Assembly (NCBI GenBank): GCA_951406725.2
Contig: OX597820.1
Coordinates: 77,128,001-77,192,000, forward strand
Length of the DNA stretch: 64,000 nt
DNA from: Octopus vulgaris
Taxonomy: Eukaryota
Direction of reading: 5' to 3'
Part shown: one piece after another, positions 23,885-35,760 of the stretch
Numbering within the stretch: the first letter of the stretch is position 1
Layout: each line of letters opens with the position of its first letter
Made by a program: the position numbers and the translations under genes
The notes under the pieces: generated by a model
Databases searched by the model: none
What the model saw: only the letters and a program-made list of their open reading frames with translations
Told to the model about the DNA's origin: nothing

Positions 23885-24283
23885 TGTTTCTTTATTAGCC
23901 ACACAGGGCTGCACACAGATAGAACAAATTACAAGGTAGAGCTTTTCTTTTGAAGGTAAAAAAAAAGGGGGCGTGACGATATTAACGATAGACTCGGCTG
24001 ATAAACCGACACGTCCCACACGTGACAGCAGTCGTTCGTGTGGGACGTGTCGGTTTATCAGCCGAGTCTATCGTTAATATCGTCACGCCTCCTTCCTTCA
24101 AACGGGAAGGAAGAGCTATTTTTATCATACTTGTGGCTATGGCGAAAGAATGTACCTGGTGGACGCGCCTGAAAGGATTAGAGACAAACACTTTCCTCTC
24201 TGGTCAATCTCTCATCAACTTCTTCAAGTATCACTTGAGGAGGAAAGTGAGAGTAGAGAGGCAAGTTTTGTCTAGTGAATGTT
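23885..24283. mobile_element. Rearranged Tx1/L1-clade fragment: ORF2 C-terminus (+), inverted 3' end (-) and a perfect 53-bp inverted repeat
   Basis: Plus strand gives AIFIILVAMAKECTWWTRLKG..LINFFKYHLRRKVRVER. The minus strand ends GCAGCCCTGTGTGGCTAATAAAGAAA. Arms are 23970-24022 and 24037-24089. Confidence 0.7.
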
Positions 24284-24303
24284 ATAGATAGTTAGGTAGA
24301 TAG

Positions 24304-24373
<70 letters not shown>

Positions 24374-24473
24374 CAATAGGTAGGTAGGTACGTAGGTAGA
24401 TTGGTAGACAAATAGATAGATAGATATATTGATAGATATATATATATATATATAGATAGATAGATAGGCAGAC

Positions 24474-24549
<76 letters not shown>

Positions 24550-24560
24550 TGATAGATATA
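24284..24560. repeat. (GATA)n microsatellite; another at ~62319-62516
   Basis: Direct inspection. Confidence 0.95.
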
Positions 24561-25642
24561 GCATTCAAGATAACCCCCAGTGGATTACACTCCCTAGATA
24601 GCCATGTCTTTTCTTTTATTCTGTGCCAGTATAATATATCCACTAACTATATGAGTATATGAGTAATAATTTCATTCTTTGATTTATATAATCAACCTAA
24701 TGATTGTCTACCTAGGCTTTTATCTAATTAGTCTTCAATGTTTTATGTTGTGCGTCTACTAATAAATTTTAGGTCTTCATTTTCATCTTTACTTTCTGCA
24801 ACAATAACAACCATGCCTCATTATTACCTTTTTATGCAGCTATCTGTCGTAATCTATCATGCAAGGCCTTCTCTTGTCAGTCAAATAATCTTGCTTTTTT
24901 ACTTTTTTACTTGGATTCTGACATCATTTCGCTTTTTGGTTTCCCTAGGGACATTCTCGAAATCTGGCGACAACAATTCTTTTCATGTCTCACGAATTTT
25001 TAAGATTCTTTCAGAATACTGCATGAATATTGCATGACTCTTTCTTGCAGAATAATCCGTGAATTATCATTTAACATGATAGCCTTTGGCTCGTATACAC
25101 ACGTGTGTTCGGTTGCTTGATATACAAAATCATGGTTAATACCTACCATCTTATTTCTATCAATATTTCAAACTGCTGTCAAAATATTACCCTTGCTTGG
25201 AATGCGCCATGTGTTAATATGTCTAACTCTTTGACAGAGACTCAGCAGTCAGAAACAATATAATTTTTTCTTCCCCCACTGCACATTTATTAGTCTTCAA
25301 TCACCTATTGTATTTTAGTACAAATAGTAATGATTTCTAGAAACTGTTTTTGTGCTATTAAGATCTTTACATTTCAATTTCAAGCCACAGTGTTTAGCCC
25401 GTGGTACATTTGTTTTTCATAACTTTCAGCTTCATTAATTAATTTTTCTAGAATTTTGACCATCAAGTTTTGTCTTAGCAGATATCTCCATATTTCCATT
25501 GAGTTTACGTTTCCTTTTGCTCTTATTTTGCTTCGTTTTTGCCAGAAAAGAAATATGTCAGTATGTATCCGTTTTATATTTTTGCATGGTAGCAATTAAT
25601 ATTTCCATTATTGTTTCATGTATGCTTTCTGACTGACTGCAG

Positions 25643-25807
25643 GTACTCGTCATTAAAAGGACTCCAAAAACGCCAAACTGCGTCTGTCAACCTTGCTGGC
25701 CGTCGCTGCTGGTATTGATTTCGCCTCTCATATTTTTTGGCGCTTTTAACACTACGTCGATACGAGATTTTCTCTTTGGACGAATACTGCAGTAAGAGGC
25801 CTATCAA
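25643..25807 (+). other. Possible non-coding exon (165 bp)
   Basis: Acceptor ttctgactgactgcag|G and donor CAA|gtaagc; GC-richer unique sequence; stops in all three frames. Confidence 0.2.
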
Positions 25808-25889
25808 GTAAGCGCTTACATTACATATGATTCATAGATCACTATATAAATTTTCTAGTACTGTACTATATTTCTGAGATGAGGAAAGC

Positions 25890-26163
25890 TGTACATTATT
25901 TACATTATTTACATTGGATGTGTCCTCATCTTGTTTGTTGTTACCACAACATGTCGGCTGATTTAAACGCCAACCTTCATCAGGTGTCCTAGTAGAACTT
26001 TGAGCCCAAACCTGTGTTCTCATTCCTAGGGTATTTTTGTTGATGCTATTATTATTATCATTATCATTATTATTATTAATGCCTGTGGGCATATAGCGTA
26101 ATAGTTAAGTGCGCGGGCTACTAACCAAGATTGCGAGTTCAATTCCAGGCAGTGCCTAGAGTA

Positions 26164-26204
<41 letters not shown>

Positions 26205-26372
26205 TAACAATATTAATAACAGCAAAAACATACCTTATGAATAAGAAGCAAGGGTTGGGTTCAAAATCCTACAAGGACACCTGATAAATGTTAGAGAGTA
26301 AATCCGCCGAAACGTTGTGGTAACAACAAAAAAGATGAAAACACATATCAGTCCAAATTAAATAATGTAAAT
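25890..26372 (+). mobile_element. tRNA-headed SINE with an (AAT)n spacer and hammerhead-bearing tail, preceded by an inverted copy of the tail
   Basis: Head at 26087-26156 (A-box TAGCGTAATAG, B-box GAGTTCAATTCC). The tail 26220-26372 is an imperfect reverse complement of ~25895-26045. Hammerhead-like motifs lie at 25944-25987(-) and 26277-26320(+). Confidence 0.65.
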
Positions 26373-26780
26373 TTTCTGTTATTAGAAGTCATCTATGTCT
26401 CTGTAATGTGGTAAACCATACTTCTGTGATGTCGTTTGTGCTGTATATTCTAAATGCTGCCGTTATTAACCTTGTGTTTTATCTTCCTAATTGTCTGAGT
26501 GCCCAGTAAAGAATATTCCTAGAACACTTATTGATACCTATTACTTTATTGCTTTTCATTGATACGTATCTCACATATTAATCTAATGCGACTCGAACAT
26601 TCTTTGAAATTCTAATGCGTCTCCAACATTCTTTCAACTATTAGTTCACCAATGTTCTATGTAATTGGTTCTATATTTTATGTAATTCCAAAAGCTTTAT
26701 TTGTTTATCCTATATAACTTAAACGTATTTCATTAATTTTCTTTTGCTTAAACAAATTTCATGAATACTTCTATATACTA

Positions 26781-26830
<50 letters not shown>

Positions 26831-27830
26831 GGCATCTCAACCATTGCTGGGATTTTTCTCTGTCTATTTCTTTTGCATTTAGGTTAGCCCAGTATTTGCC
26901 ATGAAAGGGCTTTTCTTGCCTTGGTTTTATCATGGTCCGTTGCTGTTCTAGTTTTAGTTTGGATTTCATTTGTATTATAGCTTTTGTTGTTTCTTCTTCT
27001 TCTTCATATTTGTTAGGTAGAATGATTTCTTGTTTGTATTTGTCAGCTTCCTTAAATACTGAGAACAGTTTTTTTTTTGCTTTGCTCGTGTTTTGTGGCT
27101 ATTTGTGTTATTATTATTATTATTATTCAGTAGTTTTATTTTTATAGCGTGCTTTCACTTCACTACCAAGCGCAGCTCTGTGTGCCTTGGGTATGTGCTG
27201 TGATTTGTTGTGATGCTCTGATGGTTATTGTATGGAAAGTGTTCTGCGTAGGATGTGTGCAGTGCCTAGTAGTGCAATTTTCTGTATGTTATATGTGTTT
27301 GTAAGTCCTGGTGTTTTTGTTATGTATTTGTCTGAATATTTTTTTATCATGCCTAATGCACCTACTATGATAGGAATTGTTTCTGTTTTCAGGTTCCACA
27401 TTCTAGTTACCTCTATTTCCAGGTCTTTGTATTTTGAGGTTTCTCCATTTCTTTTAAAGACACGTTGTCATCTGCCGGTATTGATACATCAATTAGAAAG
27501 CATTTTTTTCTTCATGATCTCTGACAACTATATCTGGTCTGTTGGCCTTAATTTCTCTATCTGTACGTATCGGCATATCCCAGAGTATGGTTGCTTTCTC
27601 GTTTTCTGTGACCTTTTCTGGTGTGTGCCTATACCATATTTTTTCTGTTGTTATTCCATAATGTTGGCATAGCTTCCAATGTATGTAGGTTCCAACTCTG
27701 TCATGTCTGTGAATATATTCCTTCTTAGCCAGGACTGGGCAGCTAGAGATAATATGATTTATTGTTTGTTGTCCATCTCCACATATTCTGCAGTTACTTG
27801 TAATATTTCTTTTCATTACATGTTTTTGGT
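26831..27830 (-). mobile_element. Two R4/Dong-clade (restriction-like endonuclease) LINE fragments within (TAA)n tracts
   Basis: 27125-27830 gives CRICGDGQQTINHIISSC, RHDRV, ILWD, ANRPDIVV, IDVSIP, YKDLEIE, PIIVGALG and QKIALLGTAHILR. 26831-27105 gives EKPFHGKYW..IDREKSQQWLR. All are bounded by (ATT)n. Confidence 0.85.
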
Positions 27831-27831
27831 A

Positions 27832-27886
<55 letters not shown>

Positions 27887-27887
<1 letters not shown>

Positions 27888-28079
27888 GGCGACGACCTGG
27901 GTGAATCTTTAGCATGGTCGGCAAAATGCTTTGCGTTCTGAATTCAAACTCTGCCGGGATCGACTTTGCTTTTCCTCTTTTCGGAGTCGATGAAATTAGT
28001 ACCAGTTCAGGAATGAGGTCCATGTATTCAACTAGTTCCCTCCGCACAAATTTCAGGCCACGTCTCTATATTAGAAACG

Positions 28080-28080
<1 letters not shown>
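27887..28080 (+). mobile_element. Family-A SINE between two (ATT)n tracts
   Basis: AAGGCGACGACCTGG...GACTTTGCTTTTCCTCTTTTCGGAGTCGATGAAATTAGTACCAG...AAATTTCAGGCC, then an (ATT)n tail. Confidence 0.75.
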
Positions 28081-28136
<56 letters not shown>

Positions 28137-28159
28137 TATCATCATTATTATTATCATCA

Positions 28160-28223
<64 letters not shown>

Positions 28224-28224
<1 letters not shown>

Positions 28225-29290
28225 GGCGTTGCACAGATTCTAACGCTGGAGATGTACTACACCTCTTATTTTTCGAGGACCTTCCGGAGTATTCGAGCGT
28301 TTCCAAGGAGTGTTGTTTTCTGCAAGTGCTCCCCCCTTATTGCAGCCCCTATTTGTTCTACGTACGTGTCGAGATTTTCCCAAGAGTTCCAACAATTATT
28401 GGTACTACTGCTACCTTTTTCCCCGACCACAACTGCTTAACTTTCGAAGCTAACCTGTCATATCTCTCGACTTTTCTTTCTTCCTTATCGCATACCTTGT
28501 TGTCAGCTGGGCATACTATTTCTATGACCTAGCATAGTTTGTTTTCTTTCTCAATTAATACTAGGTCCGGCTTCCTATTCTCTATCTCATGATCGCATTG
28601 AATCCTAAAATCCCATAGGATCTTTGCATTTCTATTTTCGACGATGTCTTCAGGTTGGTTGTACCAATTATTTGCTCTGTCAAGTCCATACTTGTTGAAA
28701 TGTGTCCAATAGACAAGTCTGGCTATATTGTCATTGCGTCTTTTATATTCATTCTGAGCTAGTGGCGTACATTGGCTGGTAATATGCCATACAGTTTCAC
28801 CGTTTTTTCACAGACTCTGCACTAATCATTTTCTGCTGTGTTATCTATGCTGTATTTTATGTAGTTTGTTCTTAGTGCTTGCTCTTAAGCAGCACCTATT
28901 AGAGCTTCCGTTTCCGGTTTAAAATCAGTTTTAGTCATCGACAGCCATCTTATTTCCCTGTCTGTCTTAGCATTAACATCCCTGTATAATTGACCATTCA
29001 TTCCTTTCTGTACAGACCTATTTGCAGAGTCATTCATTTTCAATTTCTTGTATAGTTTGCAATCTTTCATTCTACACAAGCCTGGTCATCTTACTTCTTA
29101 TAATAGCGGTACTGTGGCATATTTTACATATCATGCTATATTGCCTTCTTCTGCACTAATGCTGTGTTTGCATTGAATAAGTCCGCTTCCTCCTCTTTTT
29201 CGTGGTACATACAGTCTGGCTGTGTCACTTTTTGTGTGGAGTGACCCATATCTAATTAGCAACTTCCTTGTCTTTCCGTCTAAGCTGTCT
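28224..29290 (-). mobile_element. Second, divergent R4/Dong-clade LINE 3' portion (pseudogenised)
   Basis: RLYVPRKRGGSGL, KPETEALIGAA*EQALRTN, CRVC..ETVWHITSQC, KILWDF, RKPDLV, VVPIIVGTLG and QKTTLLGNARILRKVL; ends in (TAA)n. Confidence 0.85.
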
Positions 29291-29949
29291 AATAAGAGCA
29301 GTAGAAAACAATACCGTTCTAACCTGTTTCACTATTGTAACCAGAGGCTATAATATTAAAACAAATTATATCTTCTACTGTGGTGTTAATAATCCGGTGA
29401 TTTTTATATAATTTGAGTAGAAGTCCAGGGATTACCTGTAGTAACACTGCTCTACTAAATACCTGAAGATATACTACAGTCCAATCCAGTTTGTTAATTC
29501 TAACAATGCGAGTAAGGAGTTTCGATGTTCACTATTATACTTTCAATCCTATCTTACTTTGTAAGCCGCGGGTTTGCCAACAGGCTAAAGATGCCACATG
29601 GTACGTAAACGTTTCAATTCGTCATTGGTTTCTAACTGCCTGTTTGCATTTATGTGACATTTTTGTCCAAGGGGCAAGTTGCTCTTTGTTGTAGTTTTAA
29701 TCAATTTTGTGTTTGTAACAGTCAGTTTCCATTTTTGTGAAGTTTTTGACAGAACAAGTCACCTTTAAGAGGAAAATTACTGCATTAAAAATTCATTTTA
29801 TTCGAATGAACGAAAGCGACATGCATTACGGGTTGACAGAAGTCAGCATCAGTAATGGAGGAAGGATTCCGATGCCATGCAATGGAAAATCAACATTTTT
29901 TCATCTAAATTTTTTTATATTCCCTATTCAATAGAGGAGCATATGTTAA

Positions 29950-30560
29950 TTACTCAAAATGCTTCTTAAATTAAGAATCCATATTATTCTTACATACTAT
30001 GATCATATTCATTTTGATAAGCCGAATATTTTTTTGAAAGTATTTACACCGGAGCAGAAAGTCTAATTAAGACCTAATTAACGATCTAATTAAAGATTTC
30101 TTACTGTCTTCCAATATCTGGGATGTTTCTTAATTTCTTCCTTCCATGTCAACAGGGTCAACTGGGTCTAAGACATGTTTCTATGTTGTATTCATCACGT
30201 AGCTTGAAAACAGTGTTTCTGTATATTTCTTCTTAATTAGTGTATAGGGATTAGTAGAAAATGCTTCTTAAGTTATAAATCCATACCTAAAATGGTTCTT
30301 AAGTGACATGAATAGATTCAGTTGGGTTTAGTGAACAATTCTGCGAAGACATTGACGTTGGGGCAGAAAGTCAAATTAATTCCTAATTAAGTGTCTAATT
30401 AAAACTTCTTAATTTGTTTTTCAATACCGGTTTTTTTCGATTATCTCATAAATAATTAATCCATACCTAAGCATACTTAAGCATCACGTTTCATGGTATT
30501 AGGGCCATTTGTACACATATTGTGCCTTGCCAGTATTTTGGAGCTTCAAGTCTAATCAAA
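29950..30560. repeat. Degenerate tandem duplication with ~300-bp period
   Basis: AAAATGCTTCTTAA..AATCCATA at ~29956 and ~30258. GCAGAAAGTC.AATTAA..CCTAATTAA...TCTAATTAAA at ~30054 and ~30363. Confidence 0.6.
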
Positions 30561-30869
30561 TCAGGACTGGCTCTCGGCCTATATCGTTTATTCTACTTTG
30601 ACCATTATTAAACAACAGAAGTCACTGCAGGCTTAATCCATTTTCGAAGAATGAAGTATAACTACATTTTCCAGTGTGCTTCGTATTTATTTAGCACCTC
30701 AAACCAGCTATCACCTTAGTTTTGCTAACACAAGGCCTTTGCAATTCGTTTGGCTACGTATGCGCGAGAAAGAGAAAAGGTGTTTTTGGCAATGTTTGCA
30801 AGTTTGATTTGGATGTTCCATAAAGATTGTTAATATGAAGTAAAATATTGCTGTCAAATTGTGACATTA

Positions 30870-31300
30870 GATCAGCAATTTCAGGGGGATAGCGTAATTA
30901 GATTTCATCATCTCTAGTGTTCAACTGGTACTTATCGACCACGAAAGGATGAAATGCAAAGTCGAGCTTGGCAGAATTTGAAATCAGTACATATAGACGG
31001 ACGAAACGCCGCTAAACATTTTGTGCTAAATATTTCTGGTAGCACCACGCTTGATATGAAGTGAAATATTAATAATAATATAAAATAGGCAGCGAACTGG
31101 CGGAACGTAAGCACATTGGGGAAAATGCTAAGCGACATTCGTCTGTCCTCGCATTTTCACTCGAAATTTTGCCGAGGTCGACTTTGTCTTTCACTTTCAT
31201 TCCTTCGCGATCGATAAAATAAGTACCAGTTAAGCATTGGTGTCGATGTAATCGATTTCTTCACACCCCCGAAACTGCTGGTCCTGTACCAATATTTTCA
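30870..31300. mobile_element. Head-to-head pair of family-A SINEs (- then +)
   Basis: A minus copy at ~30870-31052 and a plus copy at ~31086-31300, separated by a short AAT-rich spacer. Confidence 0.75.
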
Positions 31301-32234
31301 AGAAATATTAATTACAGTACTGTTTTGAAAACGTAAAGTAACCATTTTTTTTCTGGTGATTATTGTGATGCAAAAAAGGGAGTGAAATGCTTTTGAAAAA
31401 ATAAGATCTGTTATATTCCAAATTATATACACTTGCAAAGGCGTGATATAAGATACTTTGATTTATTTTAAGTTATATTATCAAGCCACATTATCAACTT
31501 CGAGTGTGATATTTTAAGTAATCTAACTTGAACTTTTAATCGTAAACTTAATAATACTGTTTATGACTAATTTTCTTTACCTCAAAGAAATTTTAGTCTT
31601 GTTTTGCCTTTGTGAACATATATAGTAATGAAATGTGTTTTTTTTTCAAACTTTGGTCACTATCATCACATAGTCAAACTAATCTGTTTTGTTTTGTTTC
31701 TTTACAGTGGAAACTGAAAATTTGATGAAGTAGCTCAATGCAGCCTCTTGTAGATTGATCAATGTTTACAATATCTTAATTTCCGTAGTAGCATATTTCA
31801 GTAAATTTCGTATACAATTCATCATTCGTTAGAACTACAATTGCAAACATAGTCTGCGGGCATAAATCCGATACAAATATAGTAACAGTAACGTGCACCA
31901 TAATATTTCCTGTGCAAGCGATACTCTAAAAGTTACAAATGGGTTGCAAACTAATGAATGTATTCCCATGTTTAATTATGCCTGGCTTCTTTACTGTATA
32001 CGCATACCAGTTGTTTCGAAAATCATAAGGAAAACAAACGAACGTTATATGTTGTAATGGTATCACAGCTGAAAACTGGAAAAACAATTTTTCATACGAT
32101 TGAAAAATATTTTTTTTTCTGACAAGTATTCCCAAGGACGAACGTATTTGTGTTTCTAATTATTGACGGAATACGTAATACAACGGATCTCTTGAGAGGT
32201 ATTGCGGAGTTAAGAGAAAAAGACATCATCTGTT

Positions 32235-32600
32235 TAAGACGACAAGGGTTCCAGTTGATCCGATCAACGGAACAGTCTGCTCATAACATTAACGTGCATG
32301 TGCCCGAGCATTTCACAGACACGTATACCCTAAACGAACTTCTCGGGGAGATTCAGCGTGACACAGGGTGTGACAGGGCTGGTTCCTTTGAAATACAGGT
32401 ACAAAAGAAACAGGAAGAAAATGTAAGAGAAAGAAGTGGTCAACGAATATAGCAGGGTTCGCTACCACCTCCTGCCGGAGCCTCGTGGAGCTTTAGGTGT
32501 TTTCGCTCAATAGACACCCACAACTGCCGATCTGGGAATCGAAACTGCGATCCTACGACCACGAGTCCGCTGTCTTAACCACTGGGCCATTGCGCCTCCA
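32235..32600 (-). mobile_element. Family-C SINE
   Basis: Colinear with 6558-6937. Confidence 0.8.
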
Positions 32601-33489
32601 CATGAACCAAAATATACTAAATTGGAAGTGTCAAAACTGTTTTAAATACCGTAAACCTTGTCAATCACACAATGCATGCAGAACAATTTTTTACGTCTTT
32701 TAACATTGTTTTTTTAAGAAATGCACGCGGAAAACACAGCTTTGGTGTTAACCTCTCTATTGGATGATTTCCAAACATTGTAACCAATTCTCATAGCTTA
32801 TCAGCTGTATATAGATGGGCTAATTAACATTTTTTGCTTTCTCAAACTAGATCATGACAATGGGTTTCATCGTTCTGGACATACATAGACAATTAATCGC
32901 TTCAGAAAAAGAATGATAACGTTATTATTTGTTACTCACAAGATTTAAGTATATCAGGATCCATTAACATTTTGGTAGAAAAAGTGACTTCTCTGATTTC
33001 AGAAAAAGACGTGTAAATAGTGAAATGTATTAAAGACTACAGAATCAACACACCAAATATCACAGATCATCTTTGACTTGTAACATATCAACTTGAAAAT
33101 TACTTTCCTGCAGTGGAATACAAATCATCAGATACAAAATGAGGTGTCTGAAATACATTCGATGCAGCTAACGTCAATCTAAATGTAGCTAAATTGAAAG
33201 GGCCGACCTTTGCAGTTAAAGAATAACCTGGGGTGGAATTAAAATTCTTGACATCAATTCTTAATTAAAATTTGTGTTTGATATTCATTAACGTAACCAA
33301 AATGAAGTAGCTACTATTTGAGGTTTTGAAAATTGTTTCTAATTCCCAATAAATACACCTGTATAGGGAAACCACTGCAATGACACGTATAAGACATAAC
33401 ATGCGGCATCGATTAAACGCGATAGCTACGCAGAGGAATATACATTGCGTTTGTTCTATCCGCAATTAGGTTAATTGATTTTAGTTTTT

Positions 33490-33640
33490 TGCACAAGGCC
33501 AGCAATTTTTTTGTGGGATAATTTGTCGATTATATTCACCTCAGTGCTCAGCTAGTATTTATTTTATCGACCACGAAACTACGAAATGTAAAGTGGATTC
33601 AGAACGTAAAAAGCCAAAAACAGTGACGCTATGCATTTTG
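33490..33640 (-). mobile_element. Degenerate family-A SINE
   Basis: GCACAAGGCCAGCAATTTT...TTTTATCGACCACGAAA...CAGAACGTAAA. Confidence 0.6.
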
Positions 33641-33757
33641 CACCTTCGGTACCCGTTTTCCCCGTTCCACAATTACATGACTTAATAAAAGACTTGCAAA
33701 CTTATGCGTTGCATTAAATAGCAAAATTTTGGTTTGACTGATATAAATGAAATAAAC

Positions 33758-33794
33758 AGGCGTAGGAGTCGCTGTGTGGTAAATAGCTTGCTAA
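33758..33794 (+). mobile_element. First ~37 nt of a family-B SINE head, interrupted by Tx1-like insertions
   Basis: AGGCGTAGGAGTCGCTGTGTGGTAAATAGCTTGCTAA aligns with AGGCGCAGGAGTGGGTATGTGGTGTGTAGCTTGTTTA at 9388. Confidence 0.75.
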
Positions 33795-35744
33795 TCTCTG
33801 ACGTGTTTTTTTGCTGCTCCAGTTGTCACGTGTTTCAACGTGAATTGTTGAACTTTTGACTCGACTGCAGGTAGGCGTTTTGTATTTTTAGGAGCTTAGT
33901 GAAGTTTATTGCTTGCATTTAATGTTTTTTAGCATTTAATAATTTTTAGCAGGTAATAGACTTCACTCTGCTCCGGATATTTTTCCTGCCTGTGGTCGAG
34001 TATAAAGACTCACTTTGTAGTGAGAATTGTGTTTTTTGAGGAGGCGTAGCCCCACCTCAAACACTAACGTGTGTAATTGCCTTTGTCTTCGGATTTACCA
34101 ACGGAGTACCAGGGATTATTTTCACAAGTGGATTACCAGTGGCCTGGAATACCTTTTTGGCCGGGAAAAAAGAAAAAAAAATTAATTCCTTTGCCTGGAT
34201 TTTGAACTCTCTTCTGTTAAAACTTTTTTGAACTGCTGTTTCGAATGTTGTTTCTTCCCTTCTGTTCTGTTTTTCATTCTCCTTTTTTTGTCTATTTTAT
34301 TTTATCACTTTGAACTGTTTTTTGAACTTTTGTTATGGCAAAGGAGTTCACCATATGGGAGTTGACACCTCCCAAAATATATCTGAAAGAGCTAGAGGAC
34401 AAGACCGTGGTGTTGAGGACATATTCAAAGTCGCTCAACACCATAGCTGTCTTTCCAAAGGCCACTATTGTTAACTAGCTGGCAGACTATATGCCAGCCG
34501 TTAAATACATCACACGGGGAGTCAAATACGCAACGGTTTGGTTGCTGTTTGACTCCCCTAAAGCAGCTTGCGACTTTGCAAGCAAGCCCATTGAGGGCAA
34601 GGAGATATTATTCCTCCCTAATTACAAGGGACAAAAATTGTTGAGAGCTTGGATCTGCGGCTTACCACCCGGCGTTGAACCCGAGTGAATAGAGGACTCT
34701 ATCCGCCGGGGTCTGGGTGGTAGCAGCGCCAAGCTCCTAAACGTAAGAGTACAGCCTGCGGCTGATTGGGAGGGGTCAAAAGCTACTTTGACCCTATGGA
34801 CCCAATCAGCCAAAAGTCTGGTTTTGCCGGACTTCCTGAGGATGGCCGGGTACAGGTATCCGGTGATGCTTGAGGGACGTCCCCCCAAGTGTCACCTGTG
34901 CCTGGAGACCGGCCATATTAAGAAAAACTGCCCCAGGGACCAAAGTAGGATCCTGGAGCAGTTGATATCGGAGCATCTCCCTGCCCCCCCCCCCCCAATG
35001 GAGGGAGAGAAACAGAACGAGGAAGCGACGACTTCCTCAAGGAGAAAGAGAAAAGTGGGGAGCAATGTTAATGTCTAAAGCTGCGGGAGAAGAAGAAAAC
35101 CCGGTGTGTGCAACACCGAAACCTCAACCTCCCGCGGCCCAAGGTAAAAAGAAGAAAAGGAAGAGGAGAAACGGGACGCCGCCGGCGGATTGTGATACGC
35201 AGACGGCGTCTCCCAAGTCTTCTCAAGCGGGTGTGCCGCCTGAGGAACAACTTGTGGAACAATTTGTGGTCCTCTTTTTTAAAGGTAGAACAGTGGAAGG
35301 TGAGATGAGTAAAACGAGAAAGCGGGGCCATTGGGAGGGACTTCGGTCCTGCACGGAGGACCCCGAGTGACCTTCGCAGGTGGCTGCGGAGGTCATAGGG
35401 AGGGGTAATCTGGGCAGGATCACGCATTCCTTCCCGATGGACTCATTCCAAATTATACCTCTAGACCACGACCTGACCAGCGATGATTGCCTCGTTGAGG
35501 CAAGAGCGCTGGTGGGCCGGGTAACATAGACTTATTGAACATTGTATTGTATTGAAAAAGAAAATTTGAAATTTTTGTGAAATTAAAAAAAAAAAAAAGG
35601 AACAATGTCTTAGAGAAGCGAGGGTCGGCGGGCGCTCTTGTCTTCTCCCATCACCATCTTCGTCCATCACCATCATTCATTAATGTTTTGTGTCCAGCTC
35701 GCAGCTACTCTATGTACTGCCATAGTGGCAAATCTTATGAAATA
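33795..35744 (+). mobile_element. Full-length ORF1-only (HAL-like) Tx1/L1-clade non-autonomous retrotransposon with a 14-bp TSD
   Basis: A ~540-nt 5' UTR, a single gag-like ORF and a ~215-nt 3' UTR ending ATGAAATA(AA). AAATAGCTTGCTAA occurs at 33781-33794 and 35745-35758. No EN or RT motifs are present. Confidence 0.8.
34335..35529 (+). pseudogene. Tx1-type ORF1 (RRM-like region, CCHC zinc knuckle, basic NLS-like tract) with several stops and a frameshift
   Basis: MAKEFTIWEL...TRGVKYATVWLLFDSP...AWICGLPPGV...YPVMLEGRPPKCHLCLETGHIKKNCP (CX2CX4HX4C)...KKKKRKRR...ARALVGRVT*. Confidence 0.8.
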
Positions 35745-35760
35745 AAATAGCTTGCTAACC

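Noticed and set aside
26087-26156. Possible tRNA gene
   Set aside because: It has A/B boxes but no convincing cloverleaf and runs into (AAT)n and a repeat tail; treated as a SINE head.
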